Assembly (NCBI GenBank): GCA_034660555.1
Contig: JAYEJL010000085.1
Coordinates: forward strand, 1-49,820
DNA length: 49,820 bases
Source of the DNA: Thermotogota bacterium
GTDB lineage: Bacteria; Thermotogota; Thermotogae; Petrotogales; Kosmotogaceae
Reading direction: 5' to 3'
Shown: piece by piece, positions 19,620 through 32,306 of the stretch
How the letters are laid out: every line of letters begins with the position of its first letter
Position numbering within the stretch: position 1 is the first letter of the stretch
Notes under the pieces: model-generated
The model's input: the letters and a program-made list of their open reading frames with translations, nothing else
What the model was told of the DNA's origin: nothing
Database searches by the model: none
Program-made: the position numbers and the translations under genes

Positions 19620-20087
19620 GTGAGAAGAAGAAGAGCGGAAAAAAGAGAAATTCAATCTGATCCGGTATATAATGATTTTTATGTGGGAAAACTTATCAAT
19701 CGTTTAATGGTTGATGGCAAAAAAGCCAGGGCTAAGACGATAGTTTATAAAGCCATTGACGGGCTGGCTGAAAAATCTGGAAAACCACCAATGGAAGCGT
19801 TTAGGCAGGCCTTAGAAAATGTGAAGCCTCTATTGGAAGTTCGCCCAAGAAGGGTTGGCGGCGCAACATATCAGATACCTTTTGAAGTTCCAGAAGAAAG
19901 GGCTCTTTCGCTTGCTTTAAGATGGATATTAAATGCAAGTCGAAACAAAAAAGGCAGACCAATGAGCGAACGATTAATGATGGAACTCGTTGATGCATAC
20001 AACGGAAGCGGAGCCGCATTCAAGAGAAAAGAAGAAGTTCACAGAATGGCAGAAGCTGGAAAGGCATATTCACACTTTAGATGGTAA
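19620..20087 (+). CDS. rpsG: 30S ribosomal protein S7
   Basis: [18 protein letters not shown]. Confidence 0.99.
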   Translation: MRRRRAEKREIQSDPVYNDFYVGKLINRLMVDGKKARAKTIVYKAIDGLAEKSGKPPMEAFRQALENVKPLLEVRPRRVGGATYQIPFEVPEERALSLALRWILNASRNKKGRPMSERLMMELVDAYNGSGAAFKRKEEVHRMAEAGKAYSHFRW

Positions 20088-20118
20088 AAGTATTCTTGAG
20101 TAACAGGAGGAAGTTGTT

Positions 20119-22182
20119 TTGAAGGAACGTTATACGAACCTTGATGAGGTAAGAAACATAGGAATAATGGCCCATATTGACGCTGGTAAAACCACAACGA
20201 CCGAGCGTATTCTTTACTGTACAGGAAGAAAATACAAGCTTGGCAACGTTGATGAAGGAACTGCAACTATGGATTGGATGGACCAGGAAAAGGAAAGAGG
20301 AATTACAATCACATCTGCTGCAACAACATGTTTCTGGAAAGATTTTCGAATTAATATTATCGATACGCCCGGGCACGTTGACTTTACCATTGAAGTTGAA
20401 CGATCACTCAGGGTACTGGATGGAGCTATTGCAGTTTTTGATGCTCAGGCAGGAGTAGAACCACAATCAGAGACGGTATGGCGTCAAGCAAGCAAGTATA
20501 ATGTTCCACGTATAGCTTTCATGAATAAAATGGACAAAATTGGAGCGGATTTTGAGGAAGCTGTTGAAAGCATGGTTAAAAAATTGGAAACAAATCCGGT
20601 GCCAGTTCAGTTGCCAATAGGTGCTGAATCTGATTTTGAAGGTGTGATTGATCTTGTAAGAATGCGGGCAATAAGATGGTACAGCGAAGACGGCATGGAT
20701 TTTGGCTTTGAAGATATCCCTGAGAAATATATGGATAAGGTGGAGGAGCATAGAGAAAACCTGATAATGCATGTCGCTGAATTTGACGAAGAACTTATGG
20801 AAAAATATATTGAAGGTGAAGAAATTACTTCAGAACAGCTTGTTAAGGCCATAAGAAAGGGTACATTGGGTAATCATATAGTACCTGTACTGTGTGGATC
20901 TGCCTTTAAAAACAAAGGAGTTCAGCCACTACTGGATGCGACTGTAGATTATCTTCCATCACCGCTTGATTTGCCACCTGTGAAAGGTAAAGATGCAGAA
21001 ACGAAGGAAGAAATTTTGGTTTATCCTGACATAGATGGACCTTTTGTTGGACTTGCCTTTAAAATAATGGTTGACCCATTCGTAGGAAAAGTCACATTTG
21101 TAAGAGTTTATTCAGGTTCGCTGAGTAAAGGTTCTTATGTTTATAACGTTGTTAAGAATAAAAAGGAAAGAGTTTCAAGGTTACTTTTCTTGCATGCCGA
21201 TAAAAGAGAAGAAGTTGATTATGTAAGAGCTGGTGACATTGTAGCTATGGTTGGCATGAGAGATACAATAACGGGAGAAACCATCGTATCAGGTGAAAAG
21301 AAAATACTTTTTGAAACGATGGAATTTCCAGAACCTGTAATTTCTATAGCTTTAGAAGCAGATTCAAAAGAAGATTTTGATAAACTTTCAAAAGGATTGG
21401 TAGCGCTTTCTGATGAAGACCCATCCTTGCAAGCATATGTAGACCATGATACAGGTGATACAATACTTTCTGGAATGGGTGAGCTACATTTAGAGGTTGT
21501 ACTGGAGCGTATTAAAAGAGAATTTAAGGCAAAGTTTAGAACCGGCCATCCGCAGGTAACATATAAGGAAACAATAAGGAGATCCGCCAAAGCCGAGGAG
21601 AAATACGTAAGACAGACCGGTGGTCGTGGACAGTATGGACATGTCGTGATAGAAATTGAACCAGGAGAAGAAGATTTCATCTTTGAAGATAAATCCCGGG
21701 GTGGAGTTGTTCCTAAAGAATATGTTCCGTCTGTTGAAACAGGTATACGTGAAGCAATGCAAACAGGAATTCTTGCAGGTTACCCGATGGTAAATGTTAA
21801 AGCTACCCTAATTGATGGTTCCTATCATGAGGTTGATTCGTCCGAAATAGCCTTTAAAATAGCTTCATCTCTGGCATTTAAAAAGGCAGTCAAAAATGCA
21901 AAACCAGCGTTATTGGAACCTATAATGTCTGTAAAGGTTACAACGCCGGAGGACTACTTGGGTGACATTGTTGCTGACATGAATTCAAGAAGAGCGCGTA
22001 TTGAAGGTTTTGAAAATAGAGGAAAATTGAGAATCATCAAGGCACTTATTCCACTATCAGAGTTATTTGGATATGCAACAGTCATAAGGTCACTAACTCA
22101 GGGACGAGCTACACATATGATTCAATTTGCGCATTATGCTGAAGTGCCTGATAAGGTTGCAGAAAAGATCTTAGGATCTTAA
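20119..22182 (+). CDS. fusA: Elongation factor G
   Basis: [32 protein letters not shown]. Confidence 0.99.
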   Translation: MKERYTNLDEVRNIGIMAHIDAGKTTTTERILYCTGRKYKLGNVDEGTATMDWMDQEKERGITITSAATTCFWKDFRINIIDTPGHVDFTIEVERSLRVLDGAIAVFDAQAGVEPQSETVWRQASKYNVPRIAFMNKMDKIGADFEEAVESMVKKLETNPVPVQLPIGAESDFEGVIDLVRMRAIRWYSEDGMDFGFEDIPEKYMDKVEEHRENLIMHVAEFDEELMEKYIEGEEITSEQLVKAIRKGTLGNHIVPVLCGSAFKNKGVQPLLDATVDYLPSPLDLPPVKGKDAETKEEILVYPDIDGPFVGLAFKIMVDPFVGKVTFVRVYSGSLSKGSYVYNVVKNKKERVSRLLFLHADKREEVDYVRAGDIVAMVGMRDTITGETIVSGEKKILFETMEFPEPVISIALEADSKEDFDKLSKGLVALSDEDPSLQAYVDHDTGDTILSGMGELHLEVVLERIKREFKAKFRTGHPQVTYKETIRRSAKAEEKYVRQTGGRGQYGHVVIEIEPGEEDFIFEDKSRGGVVPKEYVPSVETGIREAMQTGILAGYPMVNVKATLIDGSYHEVDSSEIAFKIASSLAFKKAVKNAKPALLEPIMSVKVTTPEDYLGDIVADMNSRRARIEGFENRGKLRIIKALIPLSELFGYATVIRSLTQGRATHMIQFAHYAEVPDKVAEKILGS

Positions 22183-22216
22183 AAAACCCAACCATTAGGA
22201 TAGAGGAGGGAGAAAA

Positions 22217-23416
22217 ATGGCTAAAGAGAAGTTTGAAAGAACTAAACCACATTTAAACATTGGAACTATTGGTCATATCGACCATGGTAAAACAACATTA
22301 ACTGCAGCAATGACAAAAGCTTTGCATTTCAAAGGAATGGCAGATTTTGCAGCCTTTGATTCAATTGACAAAGCTCCAGAAGAGAAAACAAGAGGAATAA
22401 CAATCAACGTAGCACACATCGAATATCAGACAGAAAACAGACACTACGCTCATATCGATTGTCCGGGTCACGCTGATTATATTAAGAACATGATCACAGG
22501 TGCAGCCCAGATGGACGGGGCAATTTTGGTTGTGGCAGCTACTGATGGCGTTATGCCTCAGACGAGAGAACATGTTTTATTGGCTAGACAGGTAAACGTT
22601 CCAGCTATGGTCGTTTATGTCAACAAAACCGATATGGTTGATGATGAAGAACTTGTTGAATTGGTTGAAGAAGAAGTAAGAGAACTTTTGACGAATTATG
22701 GATTCCCTGGAGATGAAATTCCAGTAATTAAGGGTTCAGCTTTGAAGGCTTTGGATGCAGAAAACGAAGATGCTCCTGAAATGAAGAATATTTACGAACT
22801 GCTTGATGCGATAGATAGTTACTTCCCTGAACCTGAAAGAGATACAAGCAAACCATTCCTTATGCCTGTTGAGGACATTTTCTCAATTACAGGTAGAGGG
22901 ACAGTTGTAACCGGAAGAATTGAAAGAGGCGTCGTACACGTTGGTGACGAAGTTGAAATAATAGGACTCTCATATGAAACAAGAAAAACCGTTGTTACAG
23001 GGGTAGAAATGTTCAGAAAACTCCTTGACAAAGGACAGGCTGGAGACAATGTAGGATGTCTACTCAGAGGAGTTGGTAAAGATGAAGTTAAGAGAGGACA
23101 GGTACTTGCAAAGCCTGGTTCCATTACACCTCATAAACACTTCAAAGCTAACATCTATGTATTGAAGAAAGAGGAAGGTGGAAGACATACACCGTTTACA
23201 AAGGGTTATAGGCCACAGTTCTATATGAAAACAGCGGATGTTACTGGTGAACTTAAAGACTTACCTGAAGGCGTAGAAATGGTTATGCCCGGTGACAACG
23301 TGGTAATGGATGTTGAACTCATTTATCCTGTCGCAGTTGAAAAAGGAATGAGATTCGCTGTAAGAGAAGGCGGAAGAACAGTTGGAGCTGGAGTAGTTAG
23401 TGACATCATTGAGTGA
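22217..23416 (+). CDS. tuf: Elongation factor Tu
   Basis: [27 protein letters not shown]. Confidence 0.99.
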   Translation: MAKEKFERTKPHLNIGTIGHIDHGKTTLTAAMTKALHFKGMADFAAFDSIDKAPEEKTRGITINVAHIEYQTENRHYAHIDCPGHADYIKNMITGAAQMDGAILVVAATDGVMPQTREHVLLARQVNVPAMVVYVNKTDMVDDEELVELVEEEVRELLTNYGFPGDEIPVIKGSALKALDAENEDAPEMKNIYELLDAIDSYFPEPERDTSKPFLMPVEDIFSITGRGTVVTGRIERGVVHVGDEVEIIGLSYETRKTVVTGVEMFRKLLDKGQAGDNVGCLLRGVGKDEVKRGQVLAKPGSITPHKHFKANIYVLKKEEGGRHTPFTKGYRPQFYMKTADVTGELKDLPEGVEMVMPGDNVVMDVELIYPVAVEKGMRFAVREGGRTVGAGVVSDIIE

Positions 23417-23434
23417 TGATAGAATTTATGGAAT

Positions 23435-23467
23435 GGCGGGGGAGAAAAATTATCCCCCCTGCCTTTT
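23435..23467 (+). terminator. GC-rich hairpin plus T4 between tuf and rpsJ (terminator/attenuator candidate)
   Basis: GGCGGGGGA(23435-43)...TCCCCCCTGCC(23453-63) followed by TTTT. Confidence 0.55.
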
Positions 23468-23488
23468 AAGAAGGAGGGAACCGAAGGC

Positions 23489-23797
23489 ATGGCCAAACAA
23501 AAAATCAGGATAAGGCTTAAGGCTTATGACCATAGACTGCTCGACATGTCCGCCAAGAAGATTGTGGAAGCGGTTAAAATAACCAATGCACATGTTTCAG
23601 GACCCGTTCCTTTACCTACAGAAAGGACATTATATACAGTATTAAAATCTCCACATAAATATAAGGATTCCAGGGAGCAGTTTGAGAAGCTGGTACATAA
23701 AAGACTTATTGAAATCGTTGATCCTACACCAAAAACTATAGACTCATTGATGAAGGTTGATTTACCCGCAGGTGTAGATGTTGAAATTAAACTTTGA
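23489..23797 (+). CDS. rpsJ: 30S ribosomal protein S10
   Basis: [23 protein letters not shown]. Confidence 0.99.
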   Translation: MAKQKIRIRLKAYDHRLLDMSAKKIVEAVKITNAHVSGPVPLPTERTLYTVLKSPHKYKDSREQFEKLVHKRLIEIVDPTPKTIDSLMKVDLPAGVDVEIKL

Positions 23798-23822
23798 GAA
23801 CTAATTGAGCGGAGGTGCACTC

Positions 23823-24452
23823 ATGAAAGGTATAATTGGCAGAAAACTTGGAATGACCACAGTGTACAGAGATGGAATATCTTATGGTGCTACCATAATC
23901 AAAGCTGGACCCTGCACGGTCATTCAAAAGAAAACTGCCTCAAATGGAGAATATGATGCGATAAGATTAGGATTTGAGGAGCTTTCAGAAAATAGAGCAA
24001 AGAAATTGCTGACAAAACCGATACTTAAATCATTCGAAGCAGCAAAAGTTAAGCCACATAGAATCATAAAAGAAATCAGGGTAGATAATCCTGACAATTA
24101 CAATGTTGGCGATGTAATTACAGTGAACATTTTTTCAGATGGAGAAAAGGTAGACATTTCAGGAAAAAGTAAAGGAAAAGGTTTTGCAGGAGTAATGAAA
24201 CGATGGAATTTTAAAGGCGGAGAGGCCAGTCATGGTTCAAAATTTCATAGAGAACTTGGATCAGTTGGACAGCACACTGATCCAGCAAAGATTTGGAAAG
24301 GCAAGAAAATGCCAGGAAGATATGGCAATGAAAGTACCACGATAAGAAATCTTGAGGTTATAGTAATTGATGAGGAAAATGACCTGATAGCAGTTAATGG
24401 GTCAGTCCCGGGAGCGAGGGGTACCCTTGTTATTGTTAAAGGTAAGGAATAA
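23823..24452 (+). CDS. rplC: 50S ribosomal protein L3
   Basis: GRKLGMT, SKGKGFAGVMKR, GSVPG; ATG 23823 after GGAGGTG. Confidence 0.98.
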   Translation: MKGIIGRKLGMTTVYRDGISYGATIIKAGPCTVIQKKTASNGEYDAIRLGFEELSENRAKKLLTKPILKSFEAAKVKPHRIIKEIRVDNPDNYNVGDVITVNIFSDGEKVDISGKSKGKGFAGVMKRWNFKGGEASHGSKFHRELGSVGQHTDPAKIWKGKKMPGRYGNESTTIRNLEVIVIDEENDLIAVNGSVPGARGTLVIVKGKE

Positions 24453-24485
24453 CCCCGAAGTTGATGTTTGGAAGGAGGAACAATT

Positions 24486-25169
24486 ATGGCTCAGATAGAT
24501 ATCCTCGATATTAATGGAAAGAATGTGGGATCAGCAAAACTGAAGGATTCAATATTCAATATTGAGCCTAATAACGATGTTATGTTTCGTTATGTTGACA
24601 TGCAGTTGGCTTCTGGAAGGGCTGGAACTGCTTCAACAAAGGAAAGGGCAGAAGTAAGAGGTGGAGGCAGAAAGCCCTGGCCACAAAAAGGAACTGGCAG
24701 AGCCCGTGTTGGAACAACTAGAAGTCCTTTATGGCGTCATGGTGGCGTTACTCATGGACCAAAACCCAAGGATTGGTCAAAAAAATTAAACAAAAAGATG
24801 AAAAAATTAGCATTAAAGTCTGCGCTCAGTCTTAGATTTCAGGAGAAGAACATTATTGTAATTGATGATGTTACTTTTGATAAGCCAGTAACGAAAGAGT
24901 TTAAGAAACTTCTTGAAAATCTTGGTTTAGGTAAAGATGATAAAGTGTTGTTTGTCTTGCCATGGAAAACAGAGAAGTATAAAAATGTAAAAACTTCTGG
25001 AAGAAACCTTAGAAATGTAAAGGTAATTATCGCAGACAACCCGGGTAACACAACAAATGCAGGTAATGCTAATAACATAGATGGGCTGAATGTATTTGAT
25101 CTGCTTAAATATGAGAAAATTGTTTTGACCGCGGCTTTAGTTGAAAAAATTGAGGAGGTGCTCGGTTAA
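24486..25169 (+). CDS. rplD: 50S ribosomal protein L4
   Basis: [23 protein letters not shown] 24486. Confidence 0.98.
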   Translation: MAQIDILDINGKNVGSAKLKDSIFNIEPNNDVMFRYVDMQLASGRAGTASTKERAEVRGGGRKPWPQKGTGRARVGTTRSPLWRHGGVTHGPKPKDWSKKLNKKMKKLALKSALSLRFQEKNIIVIDDVTFDKPVTKEFKKLLENLGLGKDDKVLFVLPWKTEKYKNVKTSGRNLRNVKVIIADNPGNTTNAGNANNIDGLNVFDLLKYEKIVLTAALVEKIEEVLG

Positions 25170-25471
25170 TGGCTAAATTAGGACTGACCAATAATGATGT
25201 AATTGTAAAACCGCTAACAACCGAGAAAACCGTAAGAGATGCAGAATACAACAAATACTATTTTGAAGTTCATCCAAAGGCAAACAAGTACAAGATCAAA
25301 AAGGCAGTTGAAGAATTATTTTCAGTAAAAGTAAAAAATGTTAATGTTTCAAACGTTGCTGGTAAACCAAAAAGAAGAGGCGTTTACACAGGTCGAAGCA
25401 GGTCCTGGAAAAAGGCAGTTGTAACACTGGTTGAAGGATATCGAATAAAAGAACTCGAAGGCCAGTACTGA
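25169..25471 (+). CDS. rplW: 50S ribosomal protein L23
   Basis: PLTTEK, WKKAVVTL. Confidence 0.97.
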   Translation: MAKLGLTNNDVIVKPLTTEKTVRDAEYNKYYFEVHPKANKYKIKKAVEELFSVKVKNVNVSNVAGKPKRRGVYTGRSRSWKKAVVTLVEGYRIKELEGQY

Positions 25472-25484
25472 GAGGTGATTTGAT

Positions 25485-26321
25485 ATGGCTCTGAGAAAGT
25501 TTAAACCAACTACTCCTAGCAGGAGAGAAATGTTAGCTCCTGATTATAAGGAGATAACGAAAAAAGAACCGGAAAAATCATTGATTAAAATAATTAAGAA
25601 AAAAGGTGGTAGAAACCATCATGGTAGGCTTACAGTGAGACATCATGGTGGTGGAACAAAGCGTTACTACAGAATAATAGACTTTAAACGTTCTAAAATT
25701 GGAATTCCTGCAAAGGTTATAGATTTAGAATATGATCCCAATAGAACTGCGAGAATAGCTTTGTTGAGATATGCAGACGGTGAGAAAAAATACATCCTGG
25801 CCCCAAAAGGATTGAAAATTGGTGACACCATAGAGAACGGACCGGATGCTGAGATTTCTGTAGGAAATGCCCTTCCGCTTGAGAATATCCCTATAGGCAG
25901 CATCGTACACAATATTGAGTTTTCACCTAAAAAAGGTGGACAGATTGCGCGCTCAGCAGGAACATATGCTCAGTTAATGGCCAGAGAAGGAAGATATGCA
26001 TTGATGAAAATGCCCTCTGGTGAACTGAGAAGGGTAATTGCAAAATGCATGGCAACAATTGGCATGATAGGTAATGAAGAACATTCCAATGAAGTACATG
26101 GAAAAGCAGGAAGAAAACGCTGGTTGGGAATCCGCCCTACAGTTAGAGGAATGACAATGAACCCTGTTGATCACCCTATGGGCGGTGGTGAAGGACGAAG
26201 TAAAGGACATATACCGAAAAGCCCCTGGGGTACTCCTGCAAAAGGATATAAAACAAGGAGAAGGAAAAAACCATCAGATAAAATCATTGTTCAAAGAAGA
26301 AAGAAGAAGGGCAGGAGGTGA
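25485..26321 (+). CDS. rplB: 50S ribosomal protein L2
   Basis: [25 protein letters not shown]. Confidence 0.99.
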   Translation: MALRKFKPTTPSRREMLAPDYKEITKKEPEKSLIKIIKKKGGRNHHGRLTVRHHGGGTKRYYRIIDFKRSKIGIPAKVIDLEYDPNRTARIALLRYADGEKKYILAPKGLKIGDTIENGPDAEISVGNALPLENIPIGSIVHNIEFSPKKGGQIARSAGTYAQLMAREGRYALMKMPSGELRRVIAKCMATIGMIGNEEHSNEVHGKAGRKRWLGIRPTVRGMTMNPVDHPMGGGEGRSKGHIPKSPWGTPAKGYKTRRRKKPSDKIIVQRRKKKGRR

Positions 26322-26327
26322 TTTTAG

Positions 26328-26615
26328 GTGTCTCGTTCAAAGAAAAAAGGACCATATGTTTATCCTAAACTACTAAAGAAAGTGCGCGAAATGAATGAAA
26401 AAGGCGAAAAGAAACCACTTAAAACATGGAGTAGAGCATCCATGATTGTACCCGAAATGATAGGTCATACAATTGCTGTATATAACGGAATGAAACATAT
26501 TCCCGTTTATGTTTCAGAAAATATGATTGGGCACCGACTTGGAGAGTTTGCACCGACCAGAAGATTTGGTGGACACTCTGAGAAGAAAGTAAAAAAAGGG
26601 CAGTTAAAGGTTTAA
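26328..26615 (+). CDS. rpsS: 30S ribosomal protein S19
   Basis: [16 protein letters not shown]. Confidence 0.99.
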   Translation: MSRSKKKGPYVYPKLLKKVREMNEKGEKKPLKTWSRASMIVPEMIGHTIAVYNGMKHIPVYVSENMIGHRLGEFAPTRRFGGHSEKKVKKGQLKV

Positions 26616-26627
26616 AGGAGGTATTGT

Positions 26628-27083
26628 ATGCCAGAAAAATCGATGAAACGTTCAGTATTTCACAGAAATAGAAAAGAACAAGAGGCCTCCAAACCTGTTA
26701 TTGAAGCGCAGGTAGTGGCTAGATATATAAGATTATCTCCACGAAAGGCCAGATCGATTGTGAACGCAATACGAGGCAAAAATGTTGGAGAAGCTTTTCA
26801 GATACTTGAATTTACTCCGACGAAACCAGCCAGAGTTGCTCATAAAGTTCTTAAATCAGCTGTTGCCAATGCTGAGAATAATTTCGGTATGAATGTAGAC
26901 GCACTTTATGTTAGTGAAGCAGTTGTTGATGACGGACCGAGAATGAAGCGACTTTGGGCACGAGGCAGAGGAAGGGCTGATATTTTACTCAAGCGCTTCT
27001 GTCATATCAAAATAGCAGTTAGAGATAGAGAGAGAGAAGAGACGGAAAATAGTCCTCAAGAGAAAGAAGAGCGAGGTGAATGA
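26628..27083 (+). CDS. rplV: 50S ribosomal protein L22 with N- and C-terminal extensions
   Basis: [23 protein letters not shown]. Confidence 0.97.
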   Translation: MPEKSMKRSVFHRNRKEQEASKPVIEAQVVARYIRLSPRKARSIVNAIRGKNVGEAFQILEFTPTKPARVAHKVLKSAVANAENNFGMNVDALYVSEAVVDDGPRMKRLWARGRGRADILLKRFCHIKIAVRDREREETENSPQEKEERGE

Positions 27084-27086
27084 TAG

Positions 27087-27716
27087 GTGGGTCAAAAAGT
27101 TCATCCCTATGGCTTTAGATTAGGTGTTTCGAAACAATGGAAGGCTCGCTGGATAAATGAAAAGAACTATAAAGAGTATCTCCTGGAAGATATTAAAATA
27201 AGAGATCACTTGAAGAAAAACTATCGTGCAGCGGGGGTTTCAGATATTAATATCGAACGTCAAGAAGCAGGAAAGGTTGATATAACAGTAATGACAGCCC
27301 GTCCAGGAGTGATAATCGGTAAAAAAGGTTCTGAAGTTAAGAAACTCAGAAGCAAGTTAGAGAATATGATTAAAAGAAGACTACAGTTAAATATTGAGGA
27401 AGTCAAAACACCCGAGACAGATGCAGAACTTGTGGCTCAGGATATTGCATCCAGGATAGAACGCAGAGCGTCGTATAAACGAGCCATGAAACGAGCCCTT
27501 TTCACAGCCATGAGAAAAGGAGCAAAGGGAATTAAAATAATGGTCTCCGGTAGACTTAACGGAGCTGATATTGCTCGAACTGAATGGTTTTTGGAAGGAA
27601 GATTACCTTTGCAAACATTGAGATCAAATATTGATTATGGTTACTGTGATGCCCACACAAAAATGGGAATCATAGGAGTTAAGGTTTGGGTTTATAAAGG
27701 TGACGTTGAAGTTTGA
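27087..27716 (+). CDS. rpsC: 30S ribosomal protein S3
   Basis: [22 protein letters not shown]. Confidence 0.99.
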   Translation: MGQKVHPYGFRLGVSKQWKARWINEKNYKEYLLEDIKIRDHLKKNYRAAGVSDINIERQEAGKVDITVMTARPGVIIGKKGSEVKKLRSKLENMIKRRLQLNIEEVKTPETDAELVAQDIASRIERRASYKRAMKRALFTAMRKGAKGIKIMVSGRLNGADIARTEWFLEGRLPLQTLRSNIDYGYCDAHTKMGIIGVKVWVYKGDVEV

Positions 27717-27743
27717 GATAAGTAAGAAGGGAGGTTTAGTAAG

Positions 27744-28169
27744 ATGTTAATGCCCAAGAGGGTGAAATATAGAAAACAACAACGAGGAAGAGTTAAAGGT
27801 GAAGCTAAAGGCGGAACTCTGGTACATTTCGGAGATTGGGGTTTGAAATCACTGGAACCTCATTGGATAACCTCTCAGCAAATTGAAGCGTGCAGAATCG
27901 CCATGATGAGAACGCTGAAACGAAATGGAAAAATGTGGATAAGAGTTTTCCCCGATAAACCATTAACCTCAAAAGGTATTGGTGTACGAATGGGTAAAGG
28001 AAAAGGTGAAGTTGAAGGCTGGGCTGCAGTAGTTAAACCAGGAAAGATTCTTTTTGAGATAGGTGGAGTTGATGAAAAATTGGCAAAAGAAGCACTAAGA
28101 TTAGCAGCTGCAAAACTGCCTGTAAGAACAAGAGTTGTAGCACGACATCATATAGGAGGTGAACTCTGA
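27744..28169 (+). CDS. rplP: 50S ribosomal protein L16
   Basis: [19 protein letters not shown]. Confidence 0.99.
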   Translation: MLMPKRVKYRKQQRGRVKGEAKGGTLVHFGDWGLKSLEPHWITSQQIEACRIAMMRTLKRNGKMWIRVFPDKPLTSKGIGVRMGKGKGEVEGWAAVVKPGKILFEIGGVDEKLAKEALRLAAAKLPVRTRVVARHHIGGEL

Positions 28170-28369
28170 TGAAAGCTCAAGAATTACAGAAGTTCACTGA
28201 TGATGAATTAAAGCAGATGCTGGATGATTCGAAGAGAAAACTGATGGATTTGAGATTCCAGCTTGAGATGAACAGGCTAAAAAATCACTCACAGATAGGA
28301 TTTGTTAAAAAAGATATAGCCAGGATTAAAACAATCCTCCGTGGACGAGAGCTCGGAATAAGGAGGTAA
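28169..28369 (+). CDS. rpmC: 50S ribosomal protein L29
   Basis: [13 protein letters not shown]; position after rplP. Confidence 0.97.
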   Translation: MKAQELQKFTDDELKQMLDDSKRKLMDLRFQLEMNRLKNHSQIGFVKKDIARIKTILRGRELGIRR

Positions 28370-28373
28370 CATT

Positions 28374-28691
28374 ATGCCAAGAAAAAGATTAGTAGGAACT
28401 GTGGTAAGTGACAAAATGGATAAAACGGTTGTAGTAAGTGTAGATAGAAGGTTTATACATCCACTTTACGGAAAAACAGTAAAGCATTCTAAAAAATACC
28501 AGGCTCATGATGAAGAAGGGAATTGTGTAACAGGCGATATTGTTGAAATAATGGAATGTAAGCCTATTAGTAAAACTAAGAGATTTAAAGTAACAAGAAC
28601 AATAAGAAAGACAGTATTTAGAGGAGAAGATAAAGATCTTTCCGAAACACCCAAAGCCGTTGAAGATATTCCCGGGGGTGAGGAGGAATGA
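28374..28691 (+). CDS. rpsQ: 30S ribosomal protein S17
   Basis: [26 protein letters not shown]. Confidence 0.98.
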   Translation: MPRKRLVGTVVSDKMDKTVVVSVDRRFIHPLYGKTVKHSKKYQAHDEEGNCVTGDIVEIMECKPISKTKRFKVTRTIRKTVFRGEDKDLSETPKAVEDIPGGEEE

Positions 28692-29056
28692 TAAGATTAG
28701 AATCTCATCTGAGGGTAGCTGACAATTCTGGCGCAAGAGTAATCAGGGTATTGCAGGTTACAGGGGGCTTCAAAAGGAAATATGGATCTCTGGGTGATAT
28801 TGTAGTTGCTTCTGTTAGAGAAGCGGTTCCAAACACGAATATAAAAAAAGGTGAAATTGTTAAAGCGGTTGTTGTTAGAACTAAAAAAGAAGTAAAAAGA
28901 AAAGACGGAACCTATATAAGATTTGATGATAACGCAGCTGTTTTAATTGATAACCAGAACCAACCCCGTGGAACCCGTGTTTTTGGACCAATTGCAAGAG
29001 AGATAAGGGAAAAAGGTTTTTCGAAAATCGCATCTCTTGCCCAGGAAGTATGGTAA
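28688..29056 (+). CDS. rplN: 50S ribosomal protein L14
   Basis: VADNSGA, FDDNAAV, GTRVFGP. Confidence 0.99.
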   Translation: MIRLESHLRVADNSGARVIRVLQVTGGFKRKYGSLGDIVVASVREAVPNTNIKKGEIVKAVVVRTKKEVKRKDGTYIRFDDNAAVLIDNQNQPRGTRVFGPIAREIREKGFSKIASLAQEVW

Positions 29057-29068
29057 GGAGTGATAGAA

Positions 29069-29392
29069 ATGTCTATGAGGATAAAAAAAGAGGATAGAGT
29101 TAAAGTTATTTCCGGTAAAGATAAGGGCAAAATTGGACAGGTAATGAAGGTTATGCCAAGAGAAAACAAAGTAATTGTTCAGGGGGTAAATTTCACAAAA
29201 AAACACCAGCGACCAACAAATCAGTACAGAGAAGGTGGAATAATTGAAAGAGAATCCTCCATATACGCCAGTAATGTTATGCTGGTATGCCCTAATTGTG
29301 ATAAAGCAACACGAGTAGGTCACAAGGTTCTTGAAAATGGAGATAAAGTCCGTATATGTAAGCAGTGCGGAGAAATTGTTGATAAGGTTTAA
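29069..29392 (+). CDS. rplX: 50S ribosomal protein L24
   Basis: KOW motif VISGKDKGKIG, SNVML; start uncertain among 29060, 29069 and 29075. Confidence 0.97.
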   Translation: MSMRIKKEDRVKVISGKDKGKIGQVMKVMPRENKVIVQGVNFTKKHQRPTNQYREGGIIERESSIYASNVMLVCPNCDKATRVGHKVLENGDKVRICKQCGEIVDKV

Positions 29393-29408
29393 TAGGGAGG
29401 AATATTGA

Positions 29409-29966
29409 ATGACAGAAAATTACATCCCACTCAAAGATAGTTATAATAAGGAAGTCATTCCTTCTATGATGGAAAAGTTCAGTTATTCTAATAAGCTCGA
29501 AGTCCCGAGACTGGTTAAAATTAGCATAAACATGGGTATTGGTGAAGGCTCCAAGAATCCCGATCTTATTGAAATGCACGCTAAAGAATTGGTAGAATTG
29601 GCCGGACAAAAACCTGTTGTTACTCTTGCAAAAAAGAGTATAGCTAATTTTAAGATTAGGAAAGGAATGCCCCTGGGCCTTAAGGTAACTTTGAGAGGTT
29701 CAAAAATGTATAATTTTTTGTACAAGCTTATTAACGTTGTGCTCCCAAAGTTAAGAGACTTCAGAGGCGTTAATCCTGACAGTTTTGATGGAAGGGGAAA
29801 TTTTTCAGTTGGACTTCCTGAGCAGCTTGTTTTTCCAGAAATTACACCAGCCAGTGTGAAAAGAGTTCAGGGAATGGATATAATAATCGTTACCACTGCT
29901 GATACAGACGAAGAAGCAAGAGAACTGCTCAGATTATTTGGAATGCCTTTCAAGCAGCAGACGTAA
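29409..29966 (+). CDS. rplE: 50S ribosomal protein L5
   Basis: GQKPVVT, RDFRG, FDGRGN. Confidence 0.99.
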   Translation: MTENYIPLKDSYNKEVIPSMMEKFSYSNKLEVPRLVKISINMGIGEGSKNPDLIEMHAKELVELAGQKPVVTLAKKSIANFKIRKGMPLGLKVTLRGSKMYNFLYKLINVVLPKLRDFRGVNPDSFDGRGNFSVGLPEQLVFPEITPASVKRVQGMDIIIVTTADTDEEARELLRLFGMPFKQQT

Positions 29967-29977
29967 GGAGGTAGAGA

Positions 29978-30163
29978 ATGGCAAAGAAATCACTTATAGC
30001 TAAATGGAAGAAAGAACCAAAGTATAAAGTGAGAAAGTACAATAGATGTCATGTTTGTGGAAGACCCAGAGCTGTATATAGAGAATTTGGATTATGTAGA
30101 GTTTGTTTCAGAAAACTAGCTTCCGAAGGGAAACTCCCCGGAATTAAAAAAGCAAGTTGGTGA
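29978..30163 (+). CDS. rpsN: 30S ribosomal protein S14, Zn-binding (type Z)
   Basis: 61 aa, CHVC..CRVC. Confidence 0.98.
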   Translation: MAKKSLIAKWKKEPKYKVRKYNRCHVCGRPRAVYREFGLCRVCFRKLASEGKLPGIKKASW

Positions 30164-30175
30164 GGAGGGAATTAC

Positions 30176-30580
30176 ATGTGGAGTGATCCCATAGCCGACA
30201 TGCTCACAAGGATCAGGAACGCAAACGCAGCATTTAAAGAAACAGTAGATATACCTGCGTCTAACCTTAAGCGAGCTGTTGTCGATATGTTGAAAAAAGA
30301 AGGATACATTGAAGATTACAAATACATTGAGGATGGAAAACAGGGAATATTGAAGGTTTTTCTGAAATATTCCGGTGATAGACGTCATAGAGAACGAGTA
30401 ATCAATGGAATAGTGAGAGTTTCGAAACCTGGCAGACGAATTTATGTAAAAAAAGACAAATTGCCAAAGGTAAAATCTGGTATGGGTATTGCTGTCATAA
30501 GTACTTCACAAGGCTTAATTACAGATAAAGAAGCAAGAAACCTTGGAGTTGGCGGCGAAGTAATATGCTACGTTTGGTAA
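30176..30580 (+). CDS. rpsH: 30S ribosomal protein S8
   Basis: [26 protein letters not shown]. Confidence 0.99.
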   Translation: MWSDPIADMLTRIRNANAAFKETVDIPASNLKRAVVDMLKKEGYIEDYKYIEDGKQGILKVFLKYSGDRRHRERVINGIVRVSKPGRRIYVKKDKLPKVKSGMGIAVISTSQGLITDKEARNLGVGGEVICYVW

Positions 30581-30595
30581 TCAGGAGGGTCTAAA

Positions 30596-31150
30596 ATGTC
30601 GAGAATGATAAAAAAACCTGTTACTATCCATGATAAGGTAGAGGTTAAAAAAACAGACAATACAGTTGTAGTCAAAGGACCAAAAGGCGAACTAAAGCAT
30701 GAATTTGGCGATTACGCAAATATCGAAATAAAGGACAAAGAAATATGGGTATACCCCAACTTTGATAAAGCTCAGAGAAATAGCGATCGAAGAAGAATTG
30801 CTATGCATGCAGGAACCTACTGGGCACATCTCAGAAATATGGTTGATGGTGTTTCCGAGGGTTATGAAAAAAGGCTTAAAATAGTTGGTGTAGGTTATAG
30901 AGCTCAGCTACAAGGAAAGAAACTTGTTCTGAACCTTGGTTATGCTCATCCGATAGAAATTGAACCACCCAAAGGGATAACCTTCGAAGTACCTGCTGTA
31001 ACATCAGTGATTGTAAGAGGTATTGATAAGTATTTAGTGGGACAGGTTGCCGCCAATATTAAAAGATGGCGTATACCTAACGACTATTCAGGAAAAGGTA
31101 TTAGGTATGAAGGTGAATACATAAGAACAAAAGTTGGCAAAAAGGTTTAA
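30596..31150 (+). CDS. rplF: 50S ribosomal protein L6
   Basis: KGPKGEL, GVGYRA, GKGIRY. Confidence 0.98.
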   Translation: MSRMIKKPVTIHDKVEVKKTDNTVVVKGPKGELKHEFGDYANIEIKDKEIWVYPNFDKAQRNSDRRRIAMHAGTYWAHLRNMVDGVSEGYEKRLKIVGVGYRAQLQGKKLVLNLGYAHPIEIEPPKGITFEVPAVTSVIVRGIDKYLVGQVAANIKRWRIPNDYSGKGIRYEGEYIRTKVGKKV

Positions 31151-31169
31151 TGAAAGGAGGCAATGTCCC

Positions 31170-31541
31170 GTGAAGGTAAAGAAAAATGTGAGGAAGCAGC
31201 TAAGACAAAGAAGGCATTTGAAAATAAGATCAACGATAAAGGGAACATCTGAACGCCCACGTTTGGCTGTTTTCAGAAGTGAAAAACATATGTATGCTCA
31301 GATTATAGATGATACAACTGGGACCACACTCGCCCAAGCTTCAACAGTCAATAAGGAGATAAAAGAGAAAATGTCGAAGACATGGAACAAAGAAGCAGCT
31401 TCTGAGGTAGGGAAATTAATAGCTGAGAGAGCCCTTGAAAAGGGAATAAAAGAAGTTGTCTTTGATAGAGGTGGTTTTAAGTATCACGGTAGAGTAAAAT
31501 CTCTCGCAGAGGCCGCACGTGAGAGCGGTCTGAGATTTTGA
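31170..31541 (+). CDS. rplR: 50S ribosomal protein L18
   Basis: [24 protein letters not shown] 31170 after AGGAGG. Confidence 0.98.
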   Translation: MKVKKNVRKQLRQRRHLKIRSTIKGTSERPRLAVFRSEKHMYAQIIDDTTGTTLAQASTVNKEIKEKMSKTWNKEAASEVGKLIAERALEKGIKEVVFDRGGFKYHGRVKSLAEAARESGLRF

Positions 31542-31554
31542 GGAGGTGCATTGA

Positions 31555-32100
31555 ATGCCCGATTCCAAAAAACGCAATACTCCTGTAAAGGAAAAAATAG
31601 AAGAACAGGAATTTGAAGAGCGAATTATTGAAATCAAAAGAGTAACAAAAGTTGTTGCAGGTGGAAAAAACTTATCATTTAGAGTGACTGCAGTTGTAGG
31701 AAACAAAAATGGTAAAGTAGGTCTGGGAATTGCAAGTGCCAGAGAAGTTCCTGCAGCTATCAGAAAAGCGATAATGACAGCCAAGAAAAATATTATAGAT
31801 GTCCCTGTCATAAATGATACGATTCCGCATGAAATAGATGGACGTCAGGGAGCATCTAAGGTTCTCTTAAAACCCGCTGGACCTGGTACTGGAATCATTG
31901 CCAGTTCTTCAGTGCGTGCTGTTGTAGAGATGGCTGGAATCAAGAATATCTTAACCAAAGCACTTGGATCTACCAATTTACTCAATCTAGCCAGAGCGAC
32001 ATTTAATGGATTGAATGAAATAATGTCACCAAAGGAATATGCGAAACTCAGGAATATTTCAGTGAAAGAAGTTTTTAATGGAGTTACTGAGGAGGAATAA
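31555..32100 (+). CDS. rpsE: 30S ribosomal protein S5
   Basis: [19 protein letters not shown]. Confidence 0.98.
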   Translation: MPDSKKRNTPVKEKIEEQEFEERIIEIKRVTKVVAGGKNLSFRVTAVVGNKNGKVGLGIASAREVPAAIRKAIMTAKKNIIDVPVINDTIPHEIDGRQGASKVLLKPAGPGTGIIASSSVRAVVEMAGIKNILTKALGSTNLLNLARATFNGLNEIMSPKEYAKLRNISVKEVFNGVTEEE

Positions 32101-32102
32101 TC

Positions 32103-32291
32103 GTGGCTGGAAAACTAAAGATAACATTAAAGAAAAGTCCTTTGGGTTATGATTATAGACAAAGAAGAACAGCAAAAGCATTGGGTTTGAGGAAGGTTCA
32201 GAGTACTAGAATCCTTGAAGATTCACCTCAAATTCGTGGAATGATAAAAAAGATTGAACATCTCTTAGAAGTAGAAGAGATAAAAGACTGA
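32103..32291 (+). CDS. rpmD: 50S ribosomal protein L30
   Basis: ITLKKS..ALGLRK..RGMI. Confidence 0.97.
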   Translation: MAGKLKITLKKSPLGYDYRQRRTAKALGLRKVQSTRILEDSPQIRGMIKKIEHLLEVEEIKD

Positions 32292-32306
32292 AGGGGGTAG
32301 TTAAAC

